A DNA stretch of 64,000 bases. Source: an uncultured Bacillota bacterium (GTDB lineage Bacteria > Bacillota_I > Bacilli_A > RFN20 > CAG-288). The notes under the pieces are model-generated. The model was not told the DNA's origin. It ran no database searches and worked only from the letters and a program-made list of their open reading frames with translations. The translations under genes were made by a program, and so were the position numbers. Position 1 is the first letter of the stretch. Every line of letters begins with the position of its first letter. This document shows, one piece after another, positions 48,249 to 58,225 of the stretch. Where the stretch lies: assembly GCA_949299015.1 (NCBI GenBank), contig CASFYT010000002.1, positions 50,781-114,780 on the forward strand. Reading direction: 5' to 3'.

Positions 48249-50234
48249 TCAAGCAAGCTTTGCTTTGAGTTCCAGGATGGCATCGCGAAGCTGAGCCGCC
48301 CTTTCGAAGTCAAGCTCCTTGCTGGCCTGGTTCATCTCCTTGGTCCATTCCTTGATTTGGCGCTCCATCTCCTTGCGCGTCATCTTCCCGGAGGAAGCCT
48401 TTCTCGTCTTGCTTTCGTCGTCGATCATCTTGATCGGCTGCTGGATGGGCTTGATGATCGTCTTGGGGACGATGCCGTGCTCCCTGTTGTATTGTTCCTG
48501 GATGCCTCTTCTTCTCTTCGTCTCGTCGATTGTCTCCTTCATGGCGTCGGAGACGCTGTCGCAGTACATGATGACCTTGCCGTTGGCGTTGCGTGCGGCA
48601 CGGCCGACGATCTGGGTCAGGGAACGGGTGGATCGGAGGAAGCCTTCCCGGTCGGCGTCGAGGATGGCGATCAGGGAGACTTCGGGGATGTCGAGGCCTT
48701 CGCGGAGCAGGTTGATTCCGACCACGACCTGATAGATTCCCTTCCTCAGCTTGTAGATGATCTCGGTCCTCTGCAGGGTGAGGATCTCGTGCTGGAGGTA
48801 GGCGACCTTGAAGTCGTGCTCTTTCAGGAAGTCCGTCAGGTTCTCGGCATCCTTGACCGTCAGGGTGACGACCAGGACGCGTTCGTCCTTCGCGATGCGG
48901 TCCTTGATCTCCTCCATCAGGTCGTAGATGGGGTTGTTCCGGTTGGAACGGACCTCGATGAGGGGATCGAGGAGGCCGGTCGGTCGAATGATCTGCTCGA
49001 TGGGTTTTCCTTCGATCTTCGAGAGTTCGTAGTCTCCGGGCGTGGCGGAGGTGCAGATGACGTTGCGGATCTTTCGTTCGAATTCCTCAAACCTGAGAGG
49101 ACGGTTGTCGAGGGCCGAAGGAAGGCGGAAGCCGTAGTCGACAAGGGTCTGCTTTCGGGAGCGGTCCCCGTTGTACATACCGCCGATCTGGGGGATGGTG
49201 ACGTGGCTCTCGTCGACGAAGAGGAGGAAGTCGTCCGGGAAATAGTCCAGAAGCGTATAGGGAGTCTCCCCTTCCTTCCTTCCGTCGAAGTGCCGGGCGT
49301 AGTTTTCGATGCCGGGGCACATGCCAAACTCTCTCAGGGAATCGAGGTCGTGTTCGGTCCGCATCTTCAGTCGTTCCGATTCCAGGTACTTTCCCTGGCT
49401 GTCAAAGAAGGCGAGCCGTTCCTTGAGCTCGGCTTCGATCGTCGAACAGGCTCTTTGGATGCGCGAAAGGCCGGAGGCGTGTTCGTGGGCGGGGAAGATG
49501 GGGAAGTAGTCGAGGGTGTGGAGGACCTCCCCCGTGACGGGATTGATCTGGTCGATCTCGCTGATTTCGTCGAAGTCGGAGTAGATGCGCAGGAAGTACT
49601 TGTCGCCCGAGGGCGGGAAGATCTCCATCACTTCGCCGCGGATGCGGAAGGTTCCAGGCGTGAGGTCCATGTTGTTGCGCTTGTACTGGGCGGTGACGAG
49701 CTTGCGGGCGATGGCCTGCGAGTCGAAGCTCTCCCCGACGTGGAGCGTGAAGGCAAGGTCTCGATATTCGTCCGGATCGCTCAGGCCGTAGATGGAGGCG
49801 ACGGAGCAGACGACGATCGTGTCCTTCCTTTCCAGGAGGGAATTGACGGCGCTTGCCCGCATCATCTCGATCTCTTCGTTCATGACGACTTCCTTGTCGA
49901 TGTAGGTGTCGGTCTTGGGAATGTAGGCTTCGGGCTGATAGAAGTCGAAGTTGGAGATGAAGTATTCGACGCGGTTGTGGGGGAAGAGTTCCTTGAACTC
50001 GCCATAGAGCTGGGCGGCCAAGGTCTTGTTGTGGACCAGGACCATCGTCGTCCTCTGGGCGTGCTGGATGACGTTGGCCATCGTAAAGGTCTTTCCTGTA
50101 CCCGTCGCACCCAAAAGGACCTGCCAACGACGGTTTTCGTCGAGGCCTTTGCAGAGGCCTTCGATGGCCTGTGGCTGGTCTCCCGTCGGACGATAGGGGG
50201 AGATGAGCGTAAAGGGATGGTCCTTGTCAGTCAT
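48249..50234 (-). CDS. uvrB: Excinuclease ABC subunit B
   Basis: 661 aa. Walker A GATGTGKT, beta-hairpin region, helicase motifs and the C-terminal UvrC-interaction domain (AAQLRDAILELK) are all present. Confidence 0.97.
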   Translation of the reverse strand: MTDKDHPFTLISPYRPTGDQPQAIEGLCKGLDENRRWQVLLGATGTGKTFTMANVIQHAQRTTMVLVHNKTLAAQLYGEFKELFPHNRVEYFISNFDFYQPEAYIPKTDTYIDKEVVMNEEIEMMRASAVNSLLERKDTIVVCSVASIYGLSDPDEYRDLAFTLHVGESFDSQAIARKLVTAQYKRNNMDLTPGTFRIRGEVMEIFPPSGDKYFLRIYSDFDEISEIDQINPVTGEVLHTLDYFPIFPAHEHASGLSRIQRACSTIEAELKERLAFFDSQGKYLESERLKMRTEHDLDSLREFGMCPGIENYARHFDGRKEGETPYTLLDYFPDDFLLFVDESHVTIPQIGGMYNGDRSRKQTLVDYGFRLPSALDNRPLRFEEFERKIRNVICTSATPGDYELSKIEGKPIEQIIRPTGLLDPLIEVRSNRNNPIYDLMEEIKDRIAKDERVLVVTLTVKDAENLTDFLKEHDFKVAYLQHEILTLQRTEIIYKLRKGIYQVVVGINLLREGLDIPEVSLIAILDADREGFLRSTRSLTQIVGRAARNANGKVIMYCDSVSDAMKETIDETKRRRGIQEQYNREHGIVPKTIIKPIQQPIKMIDDESKTRKASSGKMTRKEMERQIKEWTKEMNQASKELDFERAAQLRDAILELKAKLA

Positions 50235-51717
50235 GGATGGCCTGCTCCAGGAGGTCGTCGCAATAAGAGAGGTAGAGATCGAAGCTTTCTTTGCCTACCT
50301 TTTGCTCGATCGGGAGCGATACACAACCATTTTCCTGATAGATATTCAAAAGTGTCTCATCTTGATATTTCTTTGAAACATAGTTTGAAAAATCTACCAA
50401 TGCATCATGAAAATGATAATTGGATTGGTATGATTGCGGGATTTCTTCTTCCAGGGGAAGAAGGTGAAGGAGATTCAGGACGTGCATTTGGTTGGCAATC
50501 GAGACGCTCAGGGAAGAAGAGAGGATGGGCGTGGACTGCAGCCAGACGTAATCCGTGTCGTAGACGACGTCGGGAACGATTCCCTTGCCGTGGATGCAGA
50601 GGACGTCGTCTTCGTCCGACCCTTCGTCGTACATGTCCTCGTTCTCCTTCTCCGGTCCGTAGACGTAGGCATAGGTGAAGCGTAGGGTCGAACCGTCGGA
50701 ATAGGTGCGGATCCTCTGGGCGACGCCCTTTCCGTAGGACGTCCGGCCGTAGAGGGTGCAGTCGGTCCCGGCCCTCATGGCGAGGGCGAAGGTCTCGCTG
50801 GCGGAGGCGGTATTGGAGTCGATGAGGATGGCATATTCGGGATAGGAATATTTCGGATCGCTCTCCTGGATCGTCTCCTGGAGGACGTTGCCGTCGCGGT
50901 CGACGAGCTGATCGATCAGCTGACCCTTGCGGACGAAGAGCTTCGCCATCCTTTCGCATTCGTCGACATAGCCGCCGGTGTTTCCCCTCAGATCGAGGAG
51001 GAGACGGTCGATCCTCTTTCCTTCGTAGTCGGAGAGGATTTGGTCGAGGTCTTGGGTCGGCTCGCCGAGGAAGGTCCGGATCTGGACGGAGAGCGTATAG
51101 CCGTTGTCTTCCTGAGGTTCTTCGAGGACATGGACGATTTCCTCTTGGTAGGTGCTCTTTCTCAGGAGCGCCGTGCCCTCCTCTCCGTTCCTTGAGTAGG
51201 TGAAGACATAGGCATCGGTCACGTGCTCCTCGTCGGAGAGGAAGTTCTCGTTCTCGGCGATTGTATGCTCTTGGAAGGAATAGTATTCTTCCCTTCCCCT
51301 TGTCGCGCCGAGGAGGACGTCTCCTTCCTCAAGAACGCCACTTGCCGGACCGTCATGGACTGCCGTCACGTAGTATCCGCCGTCATAGGGATGCGTCGTG
51401 ATGCCGAAGCCGAGGTGGCTGACGGAAAGGTTCTGGTCCTCCATGGTCGGCGTGTAGAAGGTATAGGGATCGTCGCCGCTTTCGGCGAAGCCGTCGGCGA
51501 GGCCGGAGAGGGCGTAGTCCGCCAGGTATTCCTCTTCGTTTCCATAGAGCCATTCGTCCCTCAGGACGCGGTATTCTTCGACGACCTTCCTTTCGTCGTC
51601 GCTGAGCTTGTTGATCTCGAGCGAAAGAAAATAGCCGCCGATTCCGCCGATGACCAGGACGGAGAGCGCCGAGAGGGCCAGGAGCAGGGCCGTCTTGACC
51701 GATTTCTTGTTTTCCAT
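50227..51717 (-). CDS. C-terminal processing peptidase, S41 family (membrane-anchored Ctp-like)
   Basis: 496 aa with an N-terminal TM anchor. The S41 catalytic region (IDSNTASASETFA...) and the tail-specific protease core are present. RBS AAGGAGGAA. The 3' end overlaps the uvrB start by 8 nt. Confidence 0.8.
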   Translation of the reverse strand: MENKKSVKTALLLALSALSVLVIGGIGGYFLSLEINKLSDDERKVVEEYRVLRDEWLYGNEEEYLADYALSGLADGFAESGDDPYTFYTPTMEDQNLSVSHLGFGITTHPYDGGYYVTAVHDGPASGVLEEGDVLLGATRGREEYYSFQEHTIAENENFLSDEEHVTDAYVFTYSRNGEEGTALLRKSTYQEEIVHVLEEPQEDNGYTLSVQIRTFLGEPTQDLDQILSDYEGKRIDRLLLDLRGNTGGYVDECERMAKLFVRKGQLIDQLVDRDGNVLQETIQESDPKYSYPEYAILIDSNTASASETFALAMRAGTDCTLYGRTSYGKGVAQRIRTYSDGSTLRFTYAYVYGPEKENEDMYDEGSDEDDVLCIHGKGIVPDVVYDTDYVWLQSTPILSSSLSVSIANQMHVLNLLHLLPLEEEIPQSYQSNYHFHDALVDFSNYVSKKYQDETLLNIYQENGCVSLPIEQKVGKESFDLYLSYCDDLLEQAIHD

Positions 51718-51823
51718 AGTCGTTCCTCCTTGAGGACGCTTCCTCCATTCTACCACAGCGCCCCTTTCCTCCCTTGGGGATTGTCCTTCCATGGCGCCCT
51801 GTTTCTGATAGAATAATCCTGTC

Positions 51824-52228
51824 ATGAAACGCTATTGCCTGGAGTGCGGACACCCGTTGAAGAAGGGGGAGGACCACTGTTCCTCCTGTTCCTTTGACAA
51901 CTCCGAAAGGCATCTTCAGGAACTGGATATCCATCAGTACAAGAAGCTTTGCTACGACAAGAAGACGAAGGGAAGGGAGAGGAAGAACCGCTCCTTCTCC
52001 TTCTACGTCATCGGAGCGGTCCTTCTGATCCTGGGACTGGTCTTCCTCGTCCTCTCCTATCGCTACAGCATCCGCCATCGGGTCTTCACGCCGGAGTCGG
52101 CGGAATTCGTCTTCTGCGTTCTTTCCCTCTCCTTCTCCGCCTTCTTCCTGGTCTATGCCAGCATCCTTCTGATTCCGACCCTCTTCAAGGAAAGGTACTT
52201 CGTACGTCTGCTCAAGAGAAGGAAGTGA
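51824..52228 (+). CDS. Zinc-ribbon membrane protein (134 aa; N-terminal CxxC...CxxC, two TM helices)
   Basis: CLECGHPLKKGEDHCSSCSF zinc ribbon. An extended -10-like TGATAGAAT lies 9 nt upstream of the ATG; there is no SD. Confidence 0.6.
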   Translation: MKRYCLECGHPLKKGEDHCSSCSFDNSERHLQELDIHQYKKLCYDKKTKGRERKNRSFSFYVIGAVLLILGLVFLVLSYRYSIRHRVFTPESAEFVFCVLSLSFSAFFLVYASILLIPTLFKERYFVRLLKRRK

Positions 52229-53376
52229 AACTCAGCGCCTACCGGAAGGGATGCCTGGGAAAGCGCGGACGGAAGTTCCTCTCATCCTTTCTCGACCTCG
52301 TCATGAAGTTCATCCTCGTGATGGTCTTCTTTGCGATTTCGGATGCCATTCTGCGCCATGTCCCCGCCTTCGTGGAGAGGCAGGAAGAAGCTTCCGCGGC
52401 CCAGGAATCCCTCTACCGGATGGTCGAAGATTCCCATCTCAGCAAGAGGGAGGAAGGAAGGCTCCTTTCCAGCGAGGAGATCGCCGAAGAGAGCGTCCGG
52501 AAACTGACCCTGGAATCCCTGCTTCGCTTTCGCGATCCAGCGGAGATCAGCGACCGAGTCTACGAGGACGTCGAACCGATGACGGCTTCGGACGATCCGC
52601 TGTATTTCTACTACGTCGACTTCAAGTCCCGGGAAAGCGAATCCTTCCTCACACCCGGGGGAGCGGACGTCTACCAAAAGGAACTTCTCGAGACAGGTTT
52701 CTTTGAGGAGCGGGAGGATGGATGGCTTGGCCTGACGGAAGCGGCGGCCACGGAAGTGGACGCCTACCTCGTGCACGGATATCTCCATAGCGAAGAGACA
52801 TATAACGATATTTTCAATACATATCAGAACGCAATTCTTATCGCTCAAAAGGATCTTATTGGCAATTACCAACCTTATCTTTATGAAATCGGATTGTTTG
52901 AGACGGCCCGAGACGAGATCCTGAAGATGCGCGGAGGAATCCTTCTTCTCTCCTTCCTTCTCTCTTCCCTCGTCCTCGATCTCCTTCTGCCCCTGCTGCT
53001 CAAGGAAGGAAGGACCTTGTCGATGCGAATTCTCCATCTGGCCCAGGTCGGTGTCGACGGGAGGCGCTTTGGAATCGTCCATGCCATCCCCTTCTTTCTC
53101 CTCTCCCTTCTCTCCTCGGCCTTCCTGCCCTTCCTCTCCTCCCTGGTCCTCTTCGGAGCGGAAGGCGTCTCCCTCATGTCGGTCAATCTCCTGGGATTCC
53201 TGAACGTCTTCGTCCTGATGCTGGTCGCCCTCGCCTATCTCCTCCTCTCCTCCCTCTTCGACCTTTGGACGCGAAAAGGAATCCACCAGACGCTGACGCA
53301 GTTTCTTTCGATGACGGTCGTGAGGGATACCTCGGAATGGGTGGAAGACGATGAAGATGGAAAATCAGAAGGCTGA
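52225..53376 (+). CDS. RDD-family-like polytopic membrane protein (383 aa)
   Basis: The GTG start overlaps the upstream stop (GTGA). RDD-type landmarks are present (R...FLD near the N-terminus, G..DGRRFG in the loop, and a C-terminal ...TRKGIHQTLTQFLSMTVV). Confidence 0.55.
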   Translation: MKLSAYRKGCLGKRGRKFLSSFLDLVMKFILVMVFFAISDAILRHVPAFVERQEEASAAQESLYRMVEDSHLSKREEGRLLSSEEIAEESVRKLTLESLLRFRDPAEISDRVYEDVEPMTASDDPLYFYYVDFKSRESESFLTPGGADVYQKELLETGFFEEREDGWLGLTEAAATEVDAYLVHGYLHSEETYNDIFNTYQNAILIAQKDLIGNYQPYLYEIGLFETARDEILKMRGGILLLSFLLSSLVLDLLLPLLLKEGRTLSMRILHLAQVGVDGRRFGIVHAIPFFLLSLLSSAFLPFLSSLVLFGAEGVSLMSVNLLGFLNVFVLMLVALAYLLLSSLFDLWTRKGIHQTLTQFLSMTVVRDTSEWVEDDEDGKSEG

Positions 53377-54343
53377 GCGCCACGAGCTCTACTACGAGCG
53401 GGCCAGGAACGGAAAGAGGATGGCCGCCATCCTTTTCGACGCCTTCTGCTGCTTCGCGACCTTCTTCCTTCTCCTTCTGGGAACCTTCCCCCTGATCGAT
53501 TCCCTCCCCCTTGTCCAGGAAGCCGAGAGGACGAGGGAGGATCTCGGCCTTTCCTCGGGAATCTACGTCCGAGAGGAGGGGGAACTCGTCCTCCTGACAG
53601 AGTCATTGGACGGAGAGGACCTCTCCCTGGACGAAAGGTCCCGACGCCTGGACGAGGCCGTCACGGCCTTCTATGGCAATTCGTCCTTCTTCCTCGACGG
53701 CCTCTCCCTCTACCAGGAAGACAAGGAGAACGCCCTATCCTTGGATGGACAGAAGATGTTTCAGGACGGGGAACGCCTTCTGGTCAACGACGACTATGAC
53801 CAGGAATATTGCGACTTCTACGAGGAATCCTTCCTTGCTGCGCGCGGATACCTCCAGGAGAACGATTCGTATCGCCAGGCGACCAGGACGGTCCTCCTCT
53901 CCTTCGCCGTCGGAATCGTCCTGACGTTCCTTCTTCCCTTCCCCTTCTTCTTCCTCCTTGTTCCTCTGCTCTTCAAGAGGACGAGGCAGACGCTTGGCAT
54001 GCGCCTGACACGGATTGCGCTTCTCGATGCCGATGGTTTGTCCCTGAAGGCTTCCAAGACGACCTATCGCTTCCTCTTCCTGTTCCTCGTGGAAGTCCTC
54101 CTTTCCCTCTTCTCCTTCCTTCTTCCCCTCTTCCTCTCCTTCGGCATGCTCCTTCTTTCCAAGAGCCACCAGACGTTCCACGACTACGTGTGCAACACCT
54201 ACGCCATCGAGACGGAGGGGGCGACGATCTATCGGGACAAGGCCGAATACCTCCTCGCCCAGGAGGAGGGAGAAAAGGCGCTCACCCTGGAAGATCCCTC
54301 CTACCGTCCCGTCTCCGGTGTCGACCACGAGGAAGGAAAATGA
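53351..54343 (+). CDS. RDD-family membrane protein (330 aa), paralogous to the preceding gene
   Basis: KRMAAILFDAFCCFATFFLL (R..D), RQTLGMRLTRIALLDADG, and a C-terminal SHQTFHDYVCNTYAIE resembling the RDD HD...T.V terminus. It overlaps the previous gene by 26 nt. Confidence 0.7.
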   Translation: MKMENQKAERHELYYERARNGKRMAAILFDAFCCFATFFLLLLGTFPLIDSLPLVQEAERTREDLGLSSGIYVREEGELVLLTESLDGEDLSLDERSRRLDEAVTAFYGNSSFFLDGLSLYQEDKENALSLDGQKMFQDGERLLVNDDYDQEYCDFYEESFLAARGYLQENDSYRQATRTVLLSFAVGIVLTFLLPFPFFFLLVPLLFKRTRQTLGMRLTRIALLDADGLSLKASKTTYRFLFLFLVEVLLSLFSFLLPLFLSFGMLLLSKSHQTFHDYVCNTYAIETEGATIYRDKAEYLLAQEEGEKALTLEDPSYRPVSGVDHEEGK

Positions 54344-54551
54344 TTGGTTCAAGGTTCGATCCTTTCTGAAGAATACCAACTTTTTCATAAAAGAAAGGAA
54401 CGTCCTTCTTCGACAGCGATTTCTTTTCTTTCCTTAGAAAACGTATTTGAAAAGTTCGGCTCATCTTTTGAGGCGGAGATCGGGAGGTCATTCCATCTCT
54501 CGTTCTTCCGGGGATCTTCGTCGGATCGGTTTCCGGAAAGAGAATCGGCGC

Positions 54552-54586
54552 ATTGAAAAATCGGCCTTGTCCGGAGACAAGGCCGA
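54552..54586 (-). terminator. Rho-independent terminator after the GH43 gene (minus strand)
   Basis: TCGGCCTTGTC-CGGA-GACAAGGCCGA followed by TTTTTCAAT on the minus strand. Confidence 0.8.
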
Positions 54587-54601
54587 CTTTGATGAATCGA
54601 C

Positions 54602-56344
54602 TTAGGCGATGGTGACGTTCAGCGTGACGGTCAGAGGGGCACCCTTCCATTCGACGGTGTAGAAGGTGCCGTCCTTCTTGACGCGCTGATATTCGAAGGT
54701 GACCGTGTAGGTTCCGGCTTCCGCGCCGGTGACGGTGAAGTGGGAGGCGTTGTTCTCGTCGACGGTGACGGTGAGTCCTTCCGGAGCCGTCACGGAGATC
54801 TTGTTGCTGGCGTTCTCCAGCGGCATCAGGGCGCCGGCCTCGTTCTTGACGGTGACGTAGACTTCATCGCTGGCATTCGCCGTGAGGGCGACGTCCGTCT
54901 TGCTCAGGGCGATCGTGGACGCTTCCGTTCCCGTCGGAACCGGACGGTCTTCCGTCGTCTCGTCGATGACGATGATCGGGTTTCCGTCGGCATCGACGTT
55001 GTCGCCATCCATCGTCACCTGAGAGGTGAACATGGTACGGCCCGCCGTGGTGGAGTTGCGCCCGTGGTAGACGTAGTAGGTCTCCCCGTATTCCGTCGTG
55101 ATGTAACTTCCGTGTCCGGTGGAATACAGGCTCTCTTCCGGAATCTCGTGGAGGATGGGGTTGTTCTCGTATTTCTTGAAGGGACCCGTCGGGCTGTCGG
55201 AGGTGGCATAGCCGACGCCGTAGTACTGGTTCTCGTAGTTGTTGCAGGAGTAGGTCAGGTAATAGACGTCCTTGCCGTTGACGGTCTTCTTGAAGGTCGT
55301 GCTTCCTTCGGCCCAGCGGCGGTTCTTCTTGCCGCCTTCATAGGTGACGTAGTCGTTGACGTGGGCGTTTTCCCAGTCCTGCTTGTCGCTTCCGTAGTTG
55401 ATGACGGGGACGAAGCCGTCCCGACGGCGCGGCGAATCTTCCTTGTCGTTGGAGTCGACGTACTTGGCGTCGATCTTCGGCATGGTCGTTCCCGTCGGAT
55501 CGTCCCACCAGTCGCGGTCGATTTCGACGACGTAGATGTTGGACTCTTCGATGTACTTTCCGAGGTCATCGTCCCAGACCCAGTTGCGGTAGGCGTTCCT
55601 CGAGAAGTAGAGATAGGTGTGGTCGTCGTCGAAGAAGACGTTCGGATCGATGAAGGGGAGGTAGACGCCAAGCGGGGCCGTCTCTCCTTCTTCCTTCGTC
55701 GCCGGAGGAACCATCTGGTCTTCCATGATCTGGTTCACGTCGTGGTATTCCGGATCGTAGGGATAGTACTCGATTGGCTCGTTGGCGATGTTCATGAACG
55801 GACCGGCAGGGCTGTCGCTGACGGCGACGCCGACCTTGCAGGCTTCTTCGAAGTCGGCGAACTCGAAGTGCTCGACGACCTTCTCTTCGTCCCTCATGCG
55901 GGCGGCATAGAAGAGGAAGTACTTTCCGGTCTCCTCGTTGTGATAGCATTCCGGAGCCCAGAACCAGTCATTGCCCCACTGGTTGGGATCGTCCGAAGGA
56001 ATGGCGCCGGGGCTGGCGCGGACCCATGTCACAAGGTCGGGAGACTTGTAGATGCCAAAGCGATAGCCGCTTTGCGCTCCATCGGTCGTGTAGGCGTAGT
56101 AGTATCCAGTGGCATCGTCGTAGATGACGTGAGGATCGGCGGCACGAATGGAGGCAGAGTTGAAGTACGTCGCGTTGGAGTTGGGTTCCGGCTCGGGCTC
56201 GGGATCCGGCGTCGTCGAAGAAGTCGAAGACGACGAATTGGAAGGAGGCGTCGAAGTGGTCGTCGAAGAGGATGTTTCGGGGGAACAAGCGGATGCAGAC
56301 AGCAAGGTGAGAAGAGAGAGGATCGAGAGAAGCTTTTTCTTCAT
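54602..56344 (-). CDS. Glycoside hydrolase family 43 lipoprotein (beta-xylosidase/alpha-L-arabinofuranosidase-type) with a C-terminal beta-sandwich domain
   Basis: Lipobox SASAC plus an S/T/P-rich linker. GH43 motifs ADPHVIYDDATGYYYAY and WAPECYH..GKYFLFY are present. RBS AAAGGA. Confidence 0.85.
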   Translation of the reverse strand: MKKKLLSILSLLTLLSASACSPETSSSTTTSTPPSNSSSSTSSTTPDPEPEPEPNSNATYFNSASIRAADPHVIYDDATGYYYAYTTDGAQSGYRFGIYKSPDLVTWVRASPGAIPSDDPNQWGNDWFWAPECYHNEETGKYFLFYAARMRDEEKVVEHFEFADFEEACKVGVAVSDSPAGPFMNIANEPIEYYPYDPEYHDVNQIMEDQMVPPATKEEGETAPLGVYLPFIDPNVFFDDDHTYLYFSRNAYRNWVWDDDLGKYIEESNIYVVEIDRDWWDDPTGTTMPKIDAKYVDSNDKEDSPRRRDGFVPVINYGSDKQDWENAHVNDYVTYEGGKKNRRWAEGSTTFKKTVNGKDVYYLTYSCNNYENQYYGVGYATSDSPTGPFKKYENNPILHEIPEESLYSTGHGSYITTEYGETYYVYHGRNSTTAGRTMFTSQVTMDGDNVDADGNPIIVIDETTEDRPVPTGTEASTIALSKTDVALTANASDEVYVTVKNEAGALMPLENASNKISVTAPEGLTVTVDENNASHFTVTGAEAGTYTVTFEYQRVKKDGTFYTVEWKGAPLTVTLNVTIA

Positions 56345-56749
56345 CGTGATTGTCCTTTCTGCCTTGTGAAGGGCTTACCACGACAATAATTGCATGGAAA
56401 AAGGTAATTTTCAACACTTTTTGTAACCGCTACCAAAAGAAAAGATCGGATTCTGATTTTTCCAAATCAAGAAAAAATAAGGACACGCGAAGAAGTTGGC
56501 AAGTCCGTCTTTCCTGAATTTCCGGAAGCCTTCCCTTTGGCGTTGGATTTGGGCGCTCCCCAACATGACATGACGTCAGGAAGAAGAGAAAAAAATAATA
56601 TGAAAAGGAGAAAGAAAAAACAGGGTTTTTATAAAAAAGTGACAACTTTGTCGTTGAAGTAGAAAGAATGCGATCGATTGGCAAGAAGAAAGAGGCAAAG
56701 CAGAAAGAAGAGAAGATATAATAGAAGAGGTCCTTTTGGAGGATGGAAC

Positions 56750-58225
56750 ATGGAAATCAAGCTGGTCGACTTGACGAAGATCTATCCAGGCGACGAGAAG
56801 AAGGGCGTTTTGGAGACCCGCGCGGTCGATTCTTTGAACGTCACCATCGAAGATGGTGAACTTGTCGGCCTTCTGGGACCTTCGGGATGCGGCAAATCGA
56901 CGACCTTGTATATGATTTCCGGCCTGACGGATCCGACGGAGGGGGAAATCTGGTTCGACGAGGAGGACGTGACCAACCTCGAGACGGAGAAGAGGGGCAT
57001 CGGCCTTGTCTTCCAGAACTACGCCCTCTATCCGCATATGACGGTCTATCGAAACATCGCCTTTCCCCTGACCAATCTTCGTATCTATACCGAGAAGAAG
57101 GATTGGCGCCTCTCCTACCTCTGGGAGCTTCAGCAGGCGATGGGACGGAAGGAGGAAATCCGTTCGATCCTCCATTCCTGTCGGGAAGGAAAGACGATTC
57201 ACAGGAAAACGGCCCTTGCGTGTCTCACCAAGAAGATGGGCGTTTCCCTCTCCGTCGCCAAGGCGCTCTATCGTCTCCCCTATCTGGACGAGACGAAGGA
57301 CGGGGAGATCGAGACCCGGAAGGAAAAGGTGCTCCACGCCTTCGAAAGGCGAAAGGAGAGGAGAGAGAAGTGGGGATACCGCTTCGATGAGAATCTCTGC
57401 ATCGTTGCGAAAGGAAAGCTCTCCTTCCTGACGAAGAAGAAGGAAGTCGAGGACGGGACGCCCTATATGGTGACGAGAAAGCTGACGAAGGACGAAGTCG
57501 ACTCCCTCGTCCGAGACGTCGCCCGCCTCGTTCAGATCGAAGAATACCTGGACCGCAAGCCGGCCCAGCTTTCCGGCGGTCAGCAGCAGCGCGTCGCCAT
57601 CGCCAGGGCCTTGGTCAAGAAGCCGAAGGTCCTTCTTCTGGACGAGCCGCTGTCCAACCTCGACGCCCGCCTCCGCCTTCAGACGAGGGCGGAGATCCGC
57701 CGGATTCAGAAGGAGACGAAGATCACGACGGTCTTCGTGACGCACGACCAGGACGAAGCGATGTCCATCTGCGACAAGATCGTGGTCATGAAGGACGGCC
57801 TAAGTATGCAGGTCGGAAAGCCTCAGGACGTCTATCGCGATCCGGACAATCTTTTCGTGGCGAAATTCCTCGGCAATCCACCGATCAACGTCTTCCGTGG
57901 ATATATCAAGGATGGTAAATGCTATCTCCAGGGGGAGGAGATTCTCTCCTGCCCGGGAGTCGCGGATCAGAACGTCCACGTCGGCATCCGACCGGAAGGC
58001 CTTCTTCCGGCGGAAGACGGCGTCCTCTCCTTGAACATCGTCGAGATTCAGACCAAGGGCAAGGACGTCGACCTGATTGGAGAACATCCGTCCTTCGAGG
58101 GGGAACGCCTGGTCGTGACGGTCGATTCCGAAGACGACCTCGCTCCGGGACGGCGGCGCTTCAACCTGCGTCCCTCGAAGGTCTATCTCTTCGAGGAGAA
58201 GAGCGAGAAGAGGATTCGCTTCTGA
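56750..58225 (+). CDS. ABC transporter ATP-binding protein, MalK/MsmK/UgpC type, with an insertion of about 140 aa between the Q-loop and the signature motif
   Basis: Walker A GPSGCGKST, Q-loop LVFQNYALYPHMTV, signature LSGGQQQRVAIARAL, Walker B LLLDEPLSNLD, H-loop VTHDQ, and a C-terminal MalK-type regulatory domain. RBS GGAGG. Confidence 0.9.
   Translation: MEIKLVDLTKIYPGDEKKGVLETRAVDSLNVTIEDGELVGLLGPSGCGKSTTLYMISGLTDPTEGEIWFDEEDVTNLETEKRGIGLVFQNYALYPHMTVYRNIAFPLTNLRIYTEKKDWRLSYLWELQQAMGRKEEIRSILHSCREGKTIHRKTALACLTKKMGVSLSVAKALYRLPYLDETKDGEIETRKEKVLHAFERRKERREKWGYRFDENLCIVAKGKLSFLTKKKEVEDGTPYMVTRKLTKDEVDSLVRDVARLVQIEEYLDRKPAQLSGGQQQRVAIARALVKKPKVLLLDEPLSNLDARLRLQTRAEIRRIQKETKITTVFVTHDQDEAMSICDKIVVMKDGLSMQVGKPQDVYRDPDNLFVAKFLGNPPINVFRGYIKDGKCYLQGEEILSCPGVADQNVHVGIRPEGLLPAEDGVLSLNIVEIQTKGKDVDLIGEHPSFEGERLVVTVDSEDDLAPGRRRFNLRPSKVYLFEEKSEKRIRF

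Noticed and set aside
54350-54372. tRNA T-arm-like motif AAGG-TTCGATC-CTT just after the RDD gene stop
   Set aside because: A tRNA would have to begin about 50 nt upstream, inside the RDD coding sequence. No acceptor or anticodon stems can be formed, and no CCA context is present, so this is a chance match.
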